Assembly: GCA_030700225.1 (NCBI GenBank)
Contig: JAUYJT010000056.1
Span: forward strand, 663 to 64,662
DNA: 64,000 nt
Direction of reading: 5' to 3'
DNA from: Candidatus Nanopelagicales bacterium
GTDB lineage: Bacteria; Actinomycetota; Actinomycetes; S36-B12; GCA-2699445
Positions 34,330 to 45,852 of this stretch are shown one piece after another. The notes below the pieces were generated by a model. That model was not told the DNA's origin and made no database searches. It saw only the letters and a list, made by a program, of their open reading frames with translations. The position numbers and the translations under genes were made by a program. Within the stretch, counting starts at the first letter, position 1. The number at the start of each line of letters is the position of its first letter.

Positions 34330-35631
34330 ATGAGCAACAGCATCGCCCAGCTTGTGGTTCCCCTAGTGATAGTCGCCATCGGGGCAGCCCTCGGCGTCGC
34401 GGCAGCAACGATCGCGGCTCGCTCCCGGATGCGGATTCAGCTCGCTGAGTTCGAGGCGGAACGTGCGACGTGGGGGCGGCGTGAGGCGGAAGTCGCCGCG
34501 CAACTATCCGTCACCCATGGCGAGCTCAAGGCCGAGACCCGCGCCCACGACGCCACTCGGATGGAACTGGCCGAGGAGCGCCGAGTCAACGGTCAGCTCG
34601 ACAAGACAGTGCAGCCGCTCCGCACAGCGGTCGACGAGCTCGGCAAGAGGGTAGGTGAGGCCGAAGCGGCCAGATTGAGGGCGCGCACGGAGTTGCAGGC
34701 TCAAATCACGCAGATGGGCGTGAAGTTTGGGGAGGCAACCGCGAGTGTTCAGCAGGAGGCAAGGCGACTAAGTCAGGCCCTGACGCGCAGCGAACGGCGG
34801 GGTTCGTGGGGGGAAATGCAGCTGAAGAGGCTCGTGGAAGCGTCGGGCATGATCGAGAACGTTCACTTCGTCACTCAAGACCGGACGACCACAGATGATG
34901 GCACCTGGGTCCCGGACATGATCATCGACCTGGCGGGCGGCCGCAAGGTCGTCGTTGATGCGAAGGTCTCCCTGGATGCCTTTCTCGCGCTCGAGCAGGA
35001 ACCTGGCAGCCAGGAGATGTTCAAGAAGCACGCGGATGCCGTCATTTCACACGTCGACCGGCTGTCACGCAAGGAGTACTGGAAGCGCTACGAATCCCCA
35101 GAGTTCGTAGTCCTGTTCCTGCCGGCCGAGGCATTGCTGCAACCGGCCTTGGAGGTTCGCCCGGACCTTCTGCAGTACTCATTCGAGAAGCGCATAGTGC
35201 TAGCCACACCAACAACGCTGATGGCTCTGCTACGCACGATCAGCTTCGCTTGGCAGCAAGCCGATGTGGCAGCCCAGGCAAAGGAGATACAGAGCTTGGG
35301 CGCGGAGATGTACGAGCGGCTGCTGCGGATGGCGGAGCACTTCGACTCCCTGGGCAAGTCCATCGGTATGTCAGTCAACCGCTACAACGCGACAATCGGG
35401 TCGCTGGAATCCCGTGTTCTACCCGCGGCTCGTAGGTTCCAGCCAATGAGCGCCACGTCCAAGGACCTGCCCAAGCTGCCCGGGATTGACAACACAATCC
35501 GCCCGCTCCTGCCCGAGTTGCAGCTGAATGCCGAGATCGCCCAGCCCGATGACGGCTCCGGGGACGACTCCGGGGATGATGACGCTGCCGAGGGCGATAC
35601 CGGCCCGGAGCCTGGCCTGCGCAGCGCATAG
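34330..35631 (+). CDS. rmuC: DNA recombination protein RmuC
   Basis: N-terminal TM segment, a long coiled coil, and a RmuC nuclease-like C-terminal domain (VEASGMIENVHF...PDMIIDLAGGRKVVVDAK). ORF opens at 34285. Confidence 0.85.
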   Translation: MSNSIAQLVVPLVIVAIGAALGVAAATIAARSRMRIQLAEFEAERATWGRREAEVAAQLSVTHGELKAETRAHDATRMELAEERRVNGQLDKTVQPLRTAVDELGKRVGEAEAARLRARTELQAQITQMGVKFGEATASVQQEARRLSQALTRSERRGSWGEMQLKRLVEASGMIENVHFVTQDRTTTDDGTWVPDMIIDLAGGRKVVVDAKVSLDAFLALEQEPGSQEMFKKHADAVISHVDRLSRKEYWKRYESPEFVVLFLPAEALLQPALEVRPDLLQYSFEKRIVLATPTTLMALLRTISFAWQQADVAAQAKEIQSLGAEMYERLLRMAEHFDSLGKSIGMSVNRYNATIGSLESRVLPAARRFQPMSATSKDLPKLPGIDNTIRPLLPELQLNAEIAQPDDGSGDDSGDDDAAEGDTGPEPGLRSA

Positions 35632-35688
35632 CCAGACACTCGGGAGCCGCTACCGGGAACAGTCAGGCGCGCCGCCTAGAGTAGCCAG

Positions 35689-36477
35689 GTGACGACGCAG
35701 CCGGTCCCGGACGCTCCACCTGAGGACGACGGGTCCTCGCCCTGGTGGGAGCCTCGAACCGCGACCAACGGCGTCACCAACATCCTCCGGCGCCACGTGC
35801 TCGCCACAGCGCCGACCGCCCCCGAAGACCATTTGCCCGACCCCGAGGAGCCCCTGGGCGCTGACCCGGATCAGCCAACTACGAGCGACAAGCCGCGCTC
35901 CACCCGCCTTCAGGTGATTGAGACCCACAGCGAGCCCGAGCCACCGGCGGAAGCCCAAGCACCCGAAGCGGATGCGCCCCCCGACCAGGCCAAATCGCCC
36001 ACTTCATGCGCGAAACAGCCCTCGGTCGTCAGTCTTGGTCGCGGTCTTGTGTCGCCATTCGGCTCCCTGTCACCGCGCGCTGTGCTAGTCGTCGTCCTCG
36101 CGGCGGGAGCACTGGGGTGCGTGCTGGGCTTCGTCATCTCGGGAGCGACCTTGATCCCCGCTTCCGCGAGCTGGGGTTTGGTGGCCGGAGCGTTCGTTGG
36201 CGCCGCTCTCGTGCGTCTCAGCGACACATGGGCAGCCATCTGGGCTCCGCCGTTGGCCATGCTGGGGATAGCGGCGACGCTTGGACAGATCACGCTTCTG
36301 GGTGGACCGGTGACGGTGGCGCGGGAGACCGCGATGATCTTGACCGCCCTCGCGGGAAGCGCGCCGGCACAGGTCATCGCCGTCGTCGGTGCCGCCGTGA
36401 TCTGCGCCGCCCGGCGGAGATCACAACAGCACTCCACCCAGCCCAGCGAGCCGAAGTCGCCTACGGAAGCCAGCTAA
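35689..36477 (+). CDS. Pro-rich N-terminus / polytopic membrane protein, unknown function
   Basis: Disordered Pro/Asp/Glu-rich first ~110 aa followed by four hydrophobic helices. GTG start. Confidence 0.55.
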   Translation: MTTQPVPDAPPEDDGSSPWWEPRTATNGVTNILRRHVLATAPTAPEDHLPDPEEPLGADPDQPTTSDKPRSTRLQVIETHSEPEPPAEAQAPEADAPPDQAKSPTSCAKQPSVVSLGRGLVSPFGSLSPRAVLVVVLAAGALGCVLGFVISGATLIPASASWGLVAGAFVGAALVRLSDTWAAIWAPPLAMLGIAATLGQITLLGGPVTVARETAMILTALAGSAPAQVIAVVGAAVICAARRRSQQHSTQPSEPKSPTEAS

Positions 36478-36501
36478 TCGCAGCCCCCCGGTTCAGCGGA
36501 C

Positions 36502-37482
36502 CTAAGACCTGCTGTCCCGAATGCGCCTGTCGGCGCCACCGCCCCTCAGCTCCTTGGGTAGCGCGAATGTCAGCGTCTCCTGAGTCGCACTGACCGTTTC
36601 AACATCTAAGAACCCGCGTTCGGCCAACCACGCCAACACTTCCGAAACCAAGGATTCCGGTACCGACGCCCCGCTGGTCACGCCCACGGTCCTCGCCGAC
36701 CGCACGTCCGCGTCCGTCATCTCCTCGGCCCCATCCACACGAACCGCCGCCCTCGCACCGGCCTCCAGCCCAACCTCCACTAGCCGGACGCTATTGGAGG
36801 AGTTCGCCGAGCCGACAACCACGAGGAGGTCACAATCAGGCGCCATCCGCTTGACCGCCATCTGCCGATTCTGTGTGGCGTAGCAAATGTCGTCGCTCGG
36901 CGGGTCCATAAGGCCCGGAAACCGCTCCCTCAGGACAGCGACAATCGCCATGGTTTCGTCCACGGACAGGGTGGTTTGTGACAGCCATGCCACCTTGTCC
37001 GAGTCAGCAGCGACGGTTCGGGCGGCCTCGACGCTCTCCACGAGCGTCACCCGACCCGGCGCCTCGCCAGCGGTCCCCACGACTTCCTCATGACCCTGGT
37101 GACCGATGAGGAGGATCTCGAACCCCTCTCTGGCGTAACGGCGCGCCTCGTTGTGGACCTTCGTAACCAAAGGACACGTGGCATCAATGGTCCGCAAGCC
37201 CAGCGCGGCAGCTTCCTGGCGAACAACCGGCGACACGCCATGTGCCGAGAAGACGACCGTGGCACCGCTAGGGACCTCATCGGTCCGTTCCACGAAGACC
37301 GCCCCCCGCTCGCGCAGCGCCCGCACGACGAACTGGTTGTGCACGATCTGCTTGCGCACATAGACCGGTGGGCCGTACTCGATCAGCGCCCGCTCAACCG
37401 TCTCGATCGCCCGCTCCACGCCCGCGCAGTACCCACGCGGTGCCGCCAGGAGTACCCGCAGCGGAGTCGCCGGCTCGCTCAT
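36502..37482 (-). CDS. ispH: 4-hydroxy-3-methylbut-2-enyl diphosphate reductase
   Basis: LytB-family sequence along its length ([31 protein letters not shown]). Confidence 0.9.
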   Translation of the reverse strand: MSEPATPLRVLLAAPRGYCAGVERAIETVERALIEYGPPVYVRKQIVHNQFVVRALRERGAVFVERTDEVPSGATVVFSAHGVSPVVRQEAAALGLRTIDATCPLVTKVHNEARRYAREGFEILLIGHQGHEEVVGTAGEAPGRVTLVESVEAARTVAADSDKVAWLSQTTLSVDETMAIVAVLRERFPGLMDPPSDDICYATQNRQMAVKRMAPDCDLLVVVGSANSSNSVRLVEVGLEAGARAAVRVDGAEEMTDADVRSARTVGVTSGASVPESLVSEVLAWLAERGFLDVETVSATQETLTFALPKELRGGGADRRIRDSRS

Positions 37483-37624
37483 TGCTTCATTCTACGACCC
37501 GCCACTACCTGACAGGCCGGGCAAGATCTCCCTGGCCTGCCGACTAGCCAGCGACCCAGAACCTCGACTCGCGCGCGGTCCACAGGGGTTATGCCGACTA
37601 ACGCGCAGGCCATACCCTGCCCCA

Positions 37625-38968
37625 ATGGGGTTGGAAACATCGCCGGACAGCCCGATCCAGGTGGAGAAAGCCTCCAACCTGATGAGGGACTGGATTCGCA
37701 GGCTGGGATCGATCTGGGTCGAGGGCCAGATCGCGCAACTGCGCGTCCGCCGGTCCTACGTCTGGATCACTCTGCGGGACACGGACGCCGACGTCTCCAT
37801 CCCGCTTGGGTGCAGCCGGTCCGAAATCGAGAGCGCCGATGGCGGGATCACCGAAGGCCAGCGGGTCGTGGTCTATCTCAAGCCCGACTACTCCATGCGG
37901 CGGGGAGACATTCAATGGCGCGCGACCGACTTCAGACCGGTTGGCCTTGGGGAGCTGCTAGCCCGGATAGAACGGCTGAAGAAACTCCTGGCAGCTGAGG
38001 GGATCTTCGCCGAAGAGCGCAAGAGGCCGCTTCCGTTCCTGCCTCGACGGATCGGACTGGTTTGCGGCAGGGCCAGCGCGGCCCAGCACGACGTAGAAGT
38101 CAACGCGCGCCTCCGCTGGCCCGGAGCGCTCTTCGAGGTCAGAGAGGTGCCGGTGCAGGGACCGTCCGCGGTCGCCCAAGTCATAGCCGCGATCACGGAT
38201 TTGGATCAGACCCCCGAAGTGGATGTCATCGTCGTCACCAGGGGCGGCGGTTCGGTGGAAGATCTGCTGCCTTTCAGCAACGAGGCCCTGGTCCGGGCTG
38301 TGGCGGCCTGCGCAACGCCCATTGTCAGCGCGATCGGACATGAGGATGACGTGCCGCTGCTGGATCTAGTCGCGGACCTGCGGGCCTCGACCCCCACCGA
38401 CGCTGGCAAACGCATCGTTCCAAGCCTGAAGGAGGAAACTGCCAAGGTCGCTGACCTTCGCGAACGCGCTCACACCGCTTTGGAGACGAGGGTGCGCACA
38501 GAAAGACGACACCTCACCTCCCTGACATCGCGTCCCGCGATGTCACGGCCCGGCGCACTCGTCGATAGAGAGAGAGCGAGCTTGCGGCTAACGGCCGAGC
38601 GAGGCCGCAGAAGCCTGCGGTCGCGCGTCGTTTCCCAGAACGAGAAGATGACCGTGCTCCTGTCCAGACCGGCCTTCGCGCACCCAGAGCTGGCCATCGC
38701 GCGACGCGTCGATCTCCTCGCCGGACTGAGGGACCGGTGCGCCCGGGCCTTCTCGGGCCAGTGGCAAGCCACCGTGGTGGATCTGCAGCACCAAACGGCC
38801 AGGCTCCAGTCGCTGTCACCTCTAGCCACGCTGGACCGGGGGTACTCGGTCGTGGAGTCCAACGGCGTGATCCTGCGCGACAGCTCCGAGGTAGCGTTGG
38901 GCTCCAAACTGCGGATCAGACTCTCTCGCGGACAGCTCGGCGCCGTCACAACGTCGGTTCGCCAGTAA
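37625..38968 (+). CDS. xseA: Exodeoxyribonuclease VII large subunit
   Basis: OB-fold N-terminus (IWVEGQIAQL) and a catalytic region VTRGGGSVEDLLPFSNE. Confidence 0.9.
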   Translation: MGLETSPDSPIQVEKASNLMRDWIRRLGSIWVEGQIAQLRVRRSYVWITLRDTDADVSIPLGCSRSEIESADGGITEGQRVVVYLKPDYSMRRGDIQWRATDFRPVGLGELLARIERLKKLLAAEGIFAEERKRPLPFLPRRIGLVCGRASAAQHDVEVNARLRWPGALFEVREVPVQGPSAVAQVIAAITDLDQTPEVDVIVVTRGGGSVEDLLPFSNEALVRAVAACATPIVSAIGHEDDVPLLDLVADLRASTPTDAGKRIVPSLKEETAKVADLRERAHTALETRVRTERRHLTSLTSRPAMSRPGALVDRERASLRLTAERGRRSLRSRVVSQNEKMTVLLSRPAFAHPELAIARRVDLLAGLRDRCARAFSGQWQATVVDLQHQTARLQSLSPLATLDRGYSVVESNGVILRDSSEVALGSKLRIRLSRGQLGAVTTSVRQ

Positions 38969-38994
38969 TAGCCGCTCAACCTAGGGGAACACAG

Positions 38995-39231
38995 ATGACC
39001 GACGAATCGCTGCGAGAACTCCTCACCGCTGACCTGGCGACACTGTCATATGAACAGGCCAGAGACGGTCTGGAGCGAATCGTGGACAGACTAGAGGAAG
39101 GCTCGGCCTCGCTGGAGGATTCCCTGGCCCTTTGGGAACGCGGCCAGCAACTCGCGAAGCGGTGCGCCGACTGGCTGGACGCGGCGCAGAAGCGCCTAGA
39201 TCAAGCCGCACCCGCCGCCGAGCAGGAGTAA
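38995..39231 (+). CDS. xseB: Exodeoxyribonuclease VII small subunit
   Basis: 78 aa with LSYEQARDGLERIVDRLEEGSASLEDSLALWERG, immediately after xseA. Confidence 0.85.
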   Translation: MTDESLRELLTADLATLSYEQARDGLERIVDRLEEGSASLEDSLALWERGQQLAKRCADWLDAAQKRLDQAAPAAEQE

Positions 39232-39236
39232 ACGGC

Positions 39237-39863
39237 TCAAGAACGCGACCGAACATCGACGGGCCGCAGACTGCCCGCGAACTCGGTCAAGTCACTCCAT
39301 CTCCCGGTACCGGTGACGATGATCGTCTGGTCCGGGGCCACTCGGACCAACGAACGCTGCTCCCCCGATTCGTTCTCATACGCGACCCATGTGTCGTTCC
39401 CGACCGGCGGGCCCTGCCAGGGCCAATCAGCCGACTGGACGCGCTGCCCGCCAAGCGTCTGTTCGGTAATGAAGACTTGGCTAGTGGCACTGGACTGCAC
39501 AACGGCCGCCGAGCGACCACGCGGCGAGACCCAACCGTTGAGCCACACCGCCTTGCCCATCGATTCCTCGCTGGGGTCCCATCGAGCTGACGTTGAGCGC
39601 CATCCTGGTCCAGGGTTGGCCAGGAGGATGGGGAACGACGCTTCCCGGGCAGCGAGCCGGGCCACGGGTTGAACATCCAGCTCGCGGACAGGTCCAAGTT
39701 CCGGCCGCCAGTTGAAGACCATCAACACGACAATGGCGACTGTCACTAGGCCCATGGAGACCGCGATGTCCGAGACCGCTCTGCCCGATCCGCGACCCCG
39801 CCGTGCGACCGTCACCCCTTGGTCTATGGCGACCCGTTCAGCCATGTACCCATGGTGCATCAA
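39237..39863 (-). CDS. Conserved actinobacterial membrane-anchored protein (DUF4245-like)
   Basis: One N-terminal TM helix plus an extracytoplasmic domain. Position next to xseB is typical for this family; the family name is from memory. Confidence 0.55.
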   Translation of the reverse strand: MMHHGYMAERVAIDQGVTVARRGRGSGRAVSDIAVSMGLVTVAIVVLMVFNWRPELGPVRELDVQPVARLAAREASFPILLANPGPGWRSTSARWDPSEESMGKAVWLNGWVSPRGRSAAVVQSSATSQVFITEQTLGGQRVQSADWPWQGPPVGNDTWVAYENESGEQRSLVRVAPDQTIIVTGTGRWSDLTEFAGSLRPVDVRSRS

Positions 39864-39896
39864 CGAAGTGCGCGCGACCGCGAACTGAACCGCTCG

Positions 39897-40730
39897 TCAG
39901 CGCGTGTCGTCGTCCCTGGCTTGTTCCGGGTCTCTCGCGGCGATCGGCTTGCGCACTGGGGGCGGGGGCAGGACGCGCTCCGACCGTGATCCAGGTGGGG
40001 GTTCATCGGCCACAACCGTGACAGTCACACCGCTGAACAGCGCGGTACCGGTGACCCGGATCAGCGGAGCTCTAAGGGGCGGCGGCAGTTCCCTCTGCGC
40101 CGACGAGCGATGGTCCCGCAGCGCGAAGCCCCCGAACAAGCCGCTGCCTGTCACTTCGACCCGCATGTCGCCGGGAACCGTGATCTCGATACGCCCGAAG
40201 ACCGTGACGGCCTTGACCTCGATGACAGGGGATTCCAGCATCGCGTGGGTCAGGTCCAGCTTGACGCTCCCGAACGATGCCACTGAGACGAGAGAACTAG
40301 GCACCGCCCAACGACCGTCGCGGACGACATCGCCGAAGATCGCCACAAGAGGCGACGAATCGACCTTCACCCCGCGCGGCACAACGCGCCAGTGGTCCGC
40401 GGCCGATGATCCCGCCGAACCGCCCGGCCCGGCAGCGACTGGCAAGGACACCGGAGGGCCGGGAATGTCGCCAGGCGGGATCGGCAGGTCCGACAGCAAC
40501 GGCGCCAGATCGGCGTAGGTGGACGCCCGGTACGCCAGGTCCATCCGTTCGTCGTACTCATCGCGGGAGAGCCGACCCTCCAGGAACGCGGACTGCAGCA
40601 GCGCCACGTACTGCTCGCGGTCAGCATCAGCGGCTCGAAGGAGCCAAGGATCGCGTTCCGGCTCGGTAGACACAACTGTGACGGTACCCACTGCCCGCGC
40701 CGCGCCGCGCGCCGCGGCCGCGAGATCCAT
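39897..40730 (-). CDS. DUF1707 domain protein with a LiaF-like C-terminal domain
   Basis: [32 protein letters not shown] is the DUF1707 motif. The C-terminus has a repetitive beta-rich segment. Start set at ATG 40730 to avoid overlapping the divergent fumarase gene. Confidence 0.65.
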   Translation of the reverse strand: MDLAAAARGAARAVGTVTVVSTEPERDPWLLRAADADREQYVALLQSAFLEGRLSRDEYDERMDLAYRASTYADLAPLLSDLPIPPGDIPGPPVSLPVAAGPGGSAGSSAADHWRVVPRGVKVDSSPLVAIFGDVVRDGRWAVPSSLVSVASFGSVKLDLTHAMLESPVIEVKAVTVFGRIEITVPGDMRVEVTGSGLFGGFALRDHRSSAQRELPPPLRAPLIRVTGTALFSGVTVTVVADEPPPGSRSERVLPPPPVRKPIAARDPEQARDDDTR

Positions 40731-40742
40731 AGGCTTGGCCCC

Positions 40743-42407
40743 ATGCCTGATTTCGCCTACTCCCCAATGTTGCCCCTCGGACATGACCAGACGCAGTATC
40801 GACATCTGTCCAGCGAAGGTGTCGAAGTCATCCGGCTCGGTGATCAAGACTTCCTGTCGGTGCGTCCAGAAGCCCTCACGTCACTAACATTCCAGGCGAT
40901 CCGGGATATCGAGCACCTCCTCAGGCCGAGCCATCTAGCCCAGCTCCGCGGCATCATCGACGACCCGGAGGCCAGCCCCAACGACCGGTATGTGGCGCTG
41001 GACCTGCTGAAGAACGCCGTCATCGCCGCGGACGGGGTTCTGCCCATGTGCCAGGACACCGGGACGGCGATTGTCATGGGCAAGCGCGGGCAGCGCGTGC
41101 TGACAACGGGTCCGGATGAGGAGCACATCGCGCGAGGAATCTACGACGCGTTCGGCCAGCTCAACCTGCGCTACTCACAGCAGGCGCCGCTGACGATGTG
41201 GGAAGAACGCAACACCGGGACGAACCTGCCAGCCCAGATCGACCTCTACGCCGCGACTCACCCTGACAACGCCCTTGACTACAAGTTCTTGTTCATGGCC
41301 AAGGGCGGCGGGTCAGCGAACAAGTCCTATCTGTTCCAGAAGACACCAGCCGACCTCAACCACCGCGATCTGATGCGCTTCCTGGACGAGCAGTTGCGCC
41401 AGATCGGCACCGCGGCATGTCCTCCCTATCACCTCGCGGTCGTCATCGGAGGCACCAGCGCCGAAGACGCACTGAAGACAGCGAAATACGCCAGCGCCCG
41501 GTATCTCGACAGTCTTCCGACACAGGGAGACGCGTCCGGGCACGCGATCCGCGTTCCGGAGATGGAGTCGGAAATCCTTCGGATGACTCGCGCTTTCGAC
41601 CTGGGCGCCCAGTTCGGGGGCAAGTACTTCTGCCACGACGTGCGTGTCATCCGGCTTCCCAGGCACGGAGCGTCCCTGCCGGTCGCGGTCGCGGTGTCGT
41701 GCTCCGCTGACCGCCAGGCCAAGGCGAAGATCACGCCCGACGGGGTGTTCCTGGAACGACTGGAACAGGACCCTTCGCAGTACTTGCCGGTGTCCGGCAG
41801 CGCCGGAGGAGACGACGATGCTGTGAACCTTGACCTCAACCAGCCAATGGCTTCGCTCCGGGAGCAGCTGTCCGGACTGGCTGTTGGTACGCGCGTCAGC
41901 CTCACCGGCCCGCTGACGGTCGCCAGGGACTTGGCCCACGCCAGGGTCCGTGAGGCGCTCGACCGTGGCGAGGAGATGCCCTGGTACTTCCGTGACCAGT
42001 GCGTCTACTACGCAGGTCCCGCCAAGAAGCCTGAGGGCTACGCGTCAGGATCGTTCGGGCCGACTACCGCTGGCCGAATGGACTCCTACGTCGACCAGTT
42101 CCAGCGAGCGGGCGGATCACTGGTGATGCTGGCGAAGGGGAACCGCTCACCCGCCGTGGCTGAGGCCTGCAAGCGAAACGGCGGGTTCCACCTCGGATCG
42201 ATCGGCGGACCCGCTGCCCGGCTGGCCAAGGACAACATCACTTCCGTTGAGGTTCTGGACTTCCCCGAGCTAGGTATGGAGGCGGTCTGGCGGATCGAAG
42301 TCCGCGACTTCCCCGCGTTCGTGATCATCGACGACAAGGGGAACGACTTCTTCGCCGACCGGTTACGCCCGATCCAGATCATCACGAACCCGTCACGGAA
42401 GGCCTGA
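40743..42407 (+). CDS. Class I (Fe-S) fumarate hydratase
   Basis: 554 aa with the [10 protein letters not shown] motif and fused alpha and beta domains. Confidence 0.9.
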   Translation: MPDFAYSPMLPLGHDQTQYRHLSSEGVEVIRLGDQDFLSVRPEALTSLTFQAIRDIEHLLRPSHLAQLRGIIDDPEASPNDRYVALDLLKNAVIAADGVLPMCQDTGTAIVMGKRGQRVLTTGPDEEHIARGIYDAFGQLNLRYSQQAPLTMWEERNTGTNLPAQIDLYAATHPDNALDYKFLFMAKGGGSANKSYLFQKTPADLNHRDLMRFLDEQLRQIGTAACPPYHLAVVIGGTSAEDALKTAKYASARYLDSLPTQGDASGHAIRVPEMESEILRMTRAFDLGAQFGGKYFCHDVRVIRLPRHGASLPVAVAVSCSADRQAKAKITPDGVFLERLEQDPSQYLPVSGSAGGDDDAVNLDLNQPMASLREQLSGLAVGTRVSLTGPLTVARDLAHARVREALDRGEEMPWYFRDQCVYYAGPAKKPEGYASGSFGPTTAGRMDSYVDQFQRAGGSLVMLAKGNRSPAVAEACKRNGGFHLGSIGGPAARLAKDNITSVEVLDFPELGMEAVWRIEVRDFPAFVIIDDKGNDFFADRLRPIQIITNPSRKA

Positions 42408-42428
42408 TACCCCGCCGCCTCTAGCGAC

Positions 42429-43724
42429 TCAGCGCGGAACGTCCTCGAGTATCTCTGTGACTAGCGCGGCGATGGGAGAGCGCTCAGCGCGCGTCAGCGT
42501 TATGTGCGAGAACAAAGGGTGGCCCTTCAGGCGCTCGATGACGGCCGCGACGCCGTCGTAGCGCCCAACGCGCAGGTTGTCCCGCTGGCCCACATCGTGG
42601 GTGAGAATGACCCTGGAGTCCTGGCCGATTCGGGACAGGACCGTCAGAAGGACGTTGCGTTCCAGCGATTGGCACTCGTCCACGATCACAAACGCGTCAT
42701 GAAGCGAACGACCGCGCACATGGGTCAGCGGGAGGACTTCGAGCATCCCCTGATGGACGACTTCCTCAACGACATCTGGCGAAGTCACTGCCGACAGCGT
42801 GTCGAACACGGCTTGACCCCAGGGCGACATCTTCTCATTCTCCGACCCAGGCAGATACCCCAGTTCCTGACCACCGACGGCGTAGAGCGGCCGGAAGACC
42901 ATGACCTTGCGGTGGCGGCGCCTCTCCAATACCCATTCCAAGCCGGCCGCCAGCGCGAGAGCGCTCTTGCCGGTGCCAGCCCGTCCCCCGAGTGACACGA
43001 TGCCGATTTGTGGATCCATCAGGGAGTCCAGGGCTAGCCGCTGCTCTGCGCTGCGGCCATGCAGGCCGAACACTTCCAGGTCGCCGCGGACGTGACGGAC
43101 GCGCTTGTCAGCCGTGGCCCGGCCCAAGGCGCTGCCCCGATCGCTGAGCAGCACCAGTCCGGTGTTGACTGGAACGTCGACTCCGACCGGCAGATCGATC
43201 TCGCCGGTGCGGTAAAGCTCGTCGATGGCGCCGGAGCCCACGTCGATCTCGGCTATGCCGCTGTATCCGGAGGTCACGACCAGCTCGGCGAGGTACTCCT
43301 CCGCGCTCAGTCCCACAACCGAGGCTTTGACCCGCATTGGCAGGTCCTTGGAGACCAGAACGACCGACCGCCCGTCCTTGCTCAAACTCAGCGCCACGGC
43401 GAGAATGCGCGAGTCGTTGTCCCCGACACGGAATCCGGGCGGCAGCACACCCGGATCCGAGCGGTTCACCTCAACGCGGATCGTTCCCCCCTCATCGCCG
43501 ATCGGCAGTGCCTCGTCCAACCGTCCGTGGGTCTGTCGCAGGTCATCCAGGAATCGGAGCGCCTCTCGGGCGAAGTAACCCAGCTCGGGGTGGGTCCGCT
43601 TGGCTTCCAGCTCGGCGATCACGACGAGTGGCAGCACGACGTCATGCTCAGCGAACCTGCTCATCGCCAGTGGGTCACTCAGCAGAACCGAAGTGTCGAG
43701 TACATAGGTCCTGCTGGACTGCAT
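42429..43724 (-). CDS. PIN-domain / PhoH-like ATPase fusion (PhoH2)
   Basis: N-terminal PIN ([12 protein letters not shown]) and a PhoH P-loop [11 protein letters not shown]. Confidence 0.85.
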   Translation of the reverse strand: MQSSRTYVLDTSVLLSDPLAMSRFAEHDVVLPLVVIAELEAKRTHPELGYFAREALRFLDDLRQTHGRLDEALPIGDEGGTIRVEVNRSDPGVLPPGFRVGDNDSRILAVALSLSKDGRSVVLVSKDLPMRVKASVVGLSAEEYLAELVVTSGYSGIAEIDVGSGAIDELYRTGEIDLPVGVDVPVNTGLVLLSDRGSALGRATADKRVRHVRGDLEVFGLHGRSAEQRLALDSLMDPQIGIVSLGGRAGTGKSALALAAGLEWVLERRRHRKVMVFRPLYAVGGQELGYLPGSENEKMSPWGQAVFDTLSAVTSPDVVEEVVHQGMLEVLPLTHVRGRSLHDAFVIVDECQSLERNVLLTVLSRIGQDSRVILTHDVGQRDNLRVGRYDGVAAVIERLKGHPLFSHITLTRAERSPIAALVTEILEDVPR

Positions 43725-43777
43725 GATCCGACGCTACGGGGAACACCTCTAGTAGTCGCAGAGCCACGCCGCGTGGG

Positions 43778-44548
43778 CTACGCGCCGAAACGCCGCTGCC
43801 TTTGCTGATAGGACCGCAGCGCGCGCAGGAAGTCCACCTCGCGGAAGTCAGGCCAGAACGCTTCACAGAAGTAGACCTCCGAGTGAGCGCTCTGCCACAA
43901 CAGGAAGCCGGATAGTCGCTGCTCACCCGATGTCCGAATGACGAGGTCAGGATCGGGCTGTCCCTTGGTGTACAAGTGATCCGCGATGTGCTCGACATCA
44001 ATGATCCGGGCCAGGTCGTCCAAAGACGTGCCCATCGCAGCGTGCTCCTGGAGAAGCGCCCGGACCGCATCGACGACTTCGCGCCGCCCACCGTAACCAA
44101 CCGCTACGTTCACTGTCAGGCCCGGGGCGTTCTCGGTGGCTTCCTCAGCTTCCTTCAGTGACGCCGAGACATCCTCGGGCAGGAGATCGAGCGCTCCGAC
44201 AGGCCGGATCCGCCAGCGACCAGCCTGAACAAGATCCAGGACTGTGGTGTCGATGATTCCCAGAAGCGCCCGCAACTCCGCTGGGTCCCGGGCGAGGTTG
44301 TCCGTCGAAAGAAGCCACAGCGTTACCAGTTCCACACCGGCGTCTTCGCACCAGCCGAGGAACTCCGCGATCTTGGCCGCGCCCGCGCGATGCCCGACGT
44401 CGCTGGGAGACCCCTGCGAGCTGGCCCACCGACGGTTGCCGTCGAGGATCACTCCCACATGGCGTGGCGCCTGGCTCGCGTCGAGCCTGCTTCGCAGCCG
44501 ACGCGCGTACGCGGAATAGACCGCATCGCGCATGCCCACGTGTGTCAC
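43778..44548 (-). CDS. uppS: Isoprenyl (cis-prenyl) diphosphate synthase
   Basis: HVGVILDGNRRWA and IRTSGEQRLSGFLLWQ motifs. Confidence 0.9.
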   Translation of the reverse strand: MTHVGMRDAVYSAYARRLRSRLDASQAPRHVGVILDGNRRWASSQGSPSDVGHRAGAAKIAEFLGWCEDAGVELVTLWLLSTDNLARDPAELRALLGIIDTTVLDLVQAGRWRIRPVGALDLLPEDVSASLKEAEEATENAPGLTVNVAVGYGGRREVVDAVRALLQEHAAMGTSLDDLARIIDVEHIADHLYTKGQPDPDLVIRTSGEQRLSGFLLWQSAHSEVYFCEAFWPDFREVDFLRALRSYQQRQRRFGA

Positions 44549-44612
44549 CCTTCCGACTGCCTGAGGCTAACCGACGGGTGATCGACGCCACACCGCCAGG
44601 TAGATTGCGGGG

Positions 44613-45251
44613 GTGACGGCCACCCATACAGAGCTACGCCCGGCTCTGCGGGGCTGGCTGCACGCCACGGCCGCACCGATCGCCGCCACGACCGGCACCG
44701 CCCTAGTGGCGTTCGCGCCAGTGCATCGGTTCGCGTCATCCATCTACGCTGTCGCCGCCACCGCCCTGTTCTCCGTCAGCGCTGTGTACAACCGAGGGCG
44801 TTGGAGCGGCATGGCGATGGCGGTCCTCAGCCGCCTGGACCACTCGATGATCTTCTTCATCATCGCCGCGTCCTACACCCCAGTAGCGATGGTCGTCCTG
44901 CCCACCGACTCGGCCCGGCTGCTGCTCATCCTGGTGTGGACCAGCGCCGGCATCGGAACGCTGTTCAGAGTCGCGTGGTTCGCCGCCCCACGGTGGTTGT
45001 ACACGCCGCTGTACGTCGTGACGGGTTGGGCGCTCGTGCCGTTCCTTGGACAGCTCAACGCCAACCCGGCTGGGATGGCGTTCATCGCGATCTCCGGCCT
45101 TTGCTACACCAGCGGAGCCGTCGTGTACGGCTTGCGGCGGCCAGACCCGGTGCCGCACATCTTCGGCTTCCACGAGCTGTTCCACGCCCTGACCATCGGT
45201 GGCTGGGCACTTCACTATGTGGGACTCTGGCTCGTCGTCGTACCCATGTAG
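44613..45251 (+). CDS. Hemolysin III / PAQR family membrane protein
   Basis: Seven predicted TM segments and a conserved C-terminal FHELFHAL motif. Confidence 0.8.
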   Translation: MTATHTELRPALRGWLHATAAPIAATTGTALVAFAPVHRFASSIYAVAATALFSVSAVYNRGRWSGMAMAVLSRLDHSMIFFIIAASYTPVAMVVLPTDSARLLLILVWTSAGIGTLFRVAWFAAPRWLYTPLYVVTGWALVPFLGQLNANPAGMAFIAISGLCYTSGAVVYGLRRPDPVPHIFGFHELFHALTIGGWALHYVGLWLVVVPM

Positions 45252-45338
45252 TCGGCGCGAACCTACTAACCGGAACCTGCGGCGCGTTTGGGCGAACGTG
45301 TGCCGGACTTGTTACGCTCCGCGTGCCGGAGGTGAGTA

Positions 45339-45818
45339 ATGGCAGACGTGAAATGGCTGACGCAGGAAGCGTACAACGCGTTATGCGCCGAGATAGCCCA
45401 GCGTGAAGGACCGTTGCGCCAAGAGATAGTCCGGCGGATCGCGGCGGCGCGTGAAGAGGGCGACCTGAAGGAAAACGCCGGCTACCACGCCGCGAAGGAC
45501 GAGCAGGGCCACAACGAGGCCCGCGTGCGGCAGTTGCGATCGATCCTTGAGTCAGCCCAGGTCGGCCAACCGCATGCCGCCGACGACCAGGTGGCTCACG
45601 GCCGGGTCGTCACAATTCGGATTCCCGACCTTGACCACGAGGAGACGTTCCTGCTCGCTTCCCGGGAAGAAGCCGCCCACGCGGAAATCGAGGTCTACTC
45701 GCCAACTTCGCCTCTTGGCTCCGCCGTCGACGGACGCCGGGTCGGCGAAACGGTCACCTACGAGCTGCCTAGCGGCAAGGTGATAGAGGCCCAGATCCTC
45801 GCCGTCGCGGAGTCCTAA
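45339..45818 (+). CDS. greA: Transcription elongation factor GreA
   Basis: EGDLKENAGYHAAKDEQ coiled-coil tip motif. GGAGGTGAGTA precedes the ATG. Confidence 0.9.
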   Translation: MADVKWLTQEAYNALCAEIAQREGPLRQEIVRRIAAAREEGDLKENAGYHAAKDEQGHNEARVRQLRSILESAQVGQPHAADDQVAHGRVVTIRIPDLDHEETFLLASREEAAHAEIEVYSPTSPLGSAVDGRRVGETVTYELPSGKVIEAQILAVAES

Positions 45819-45852
45819 GCGTTCTCCCCCGCAGGGTGCGCGGGCAGACCCG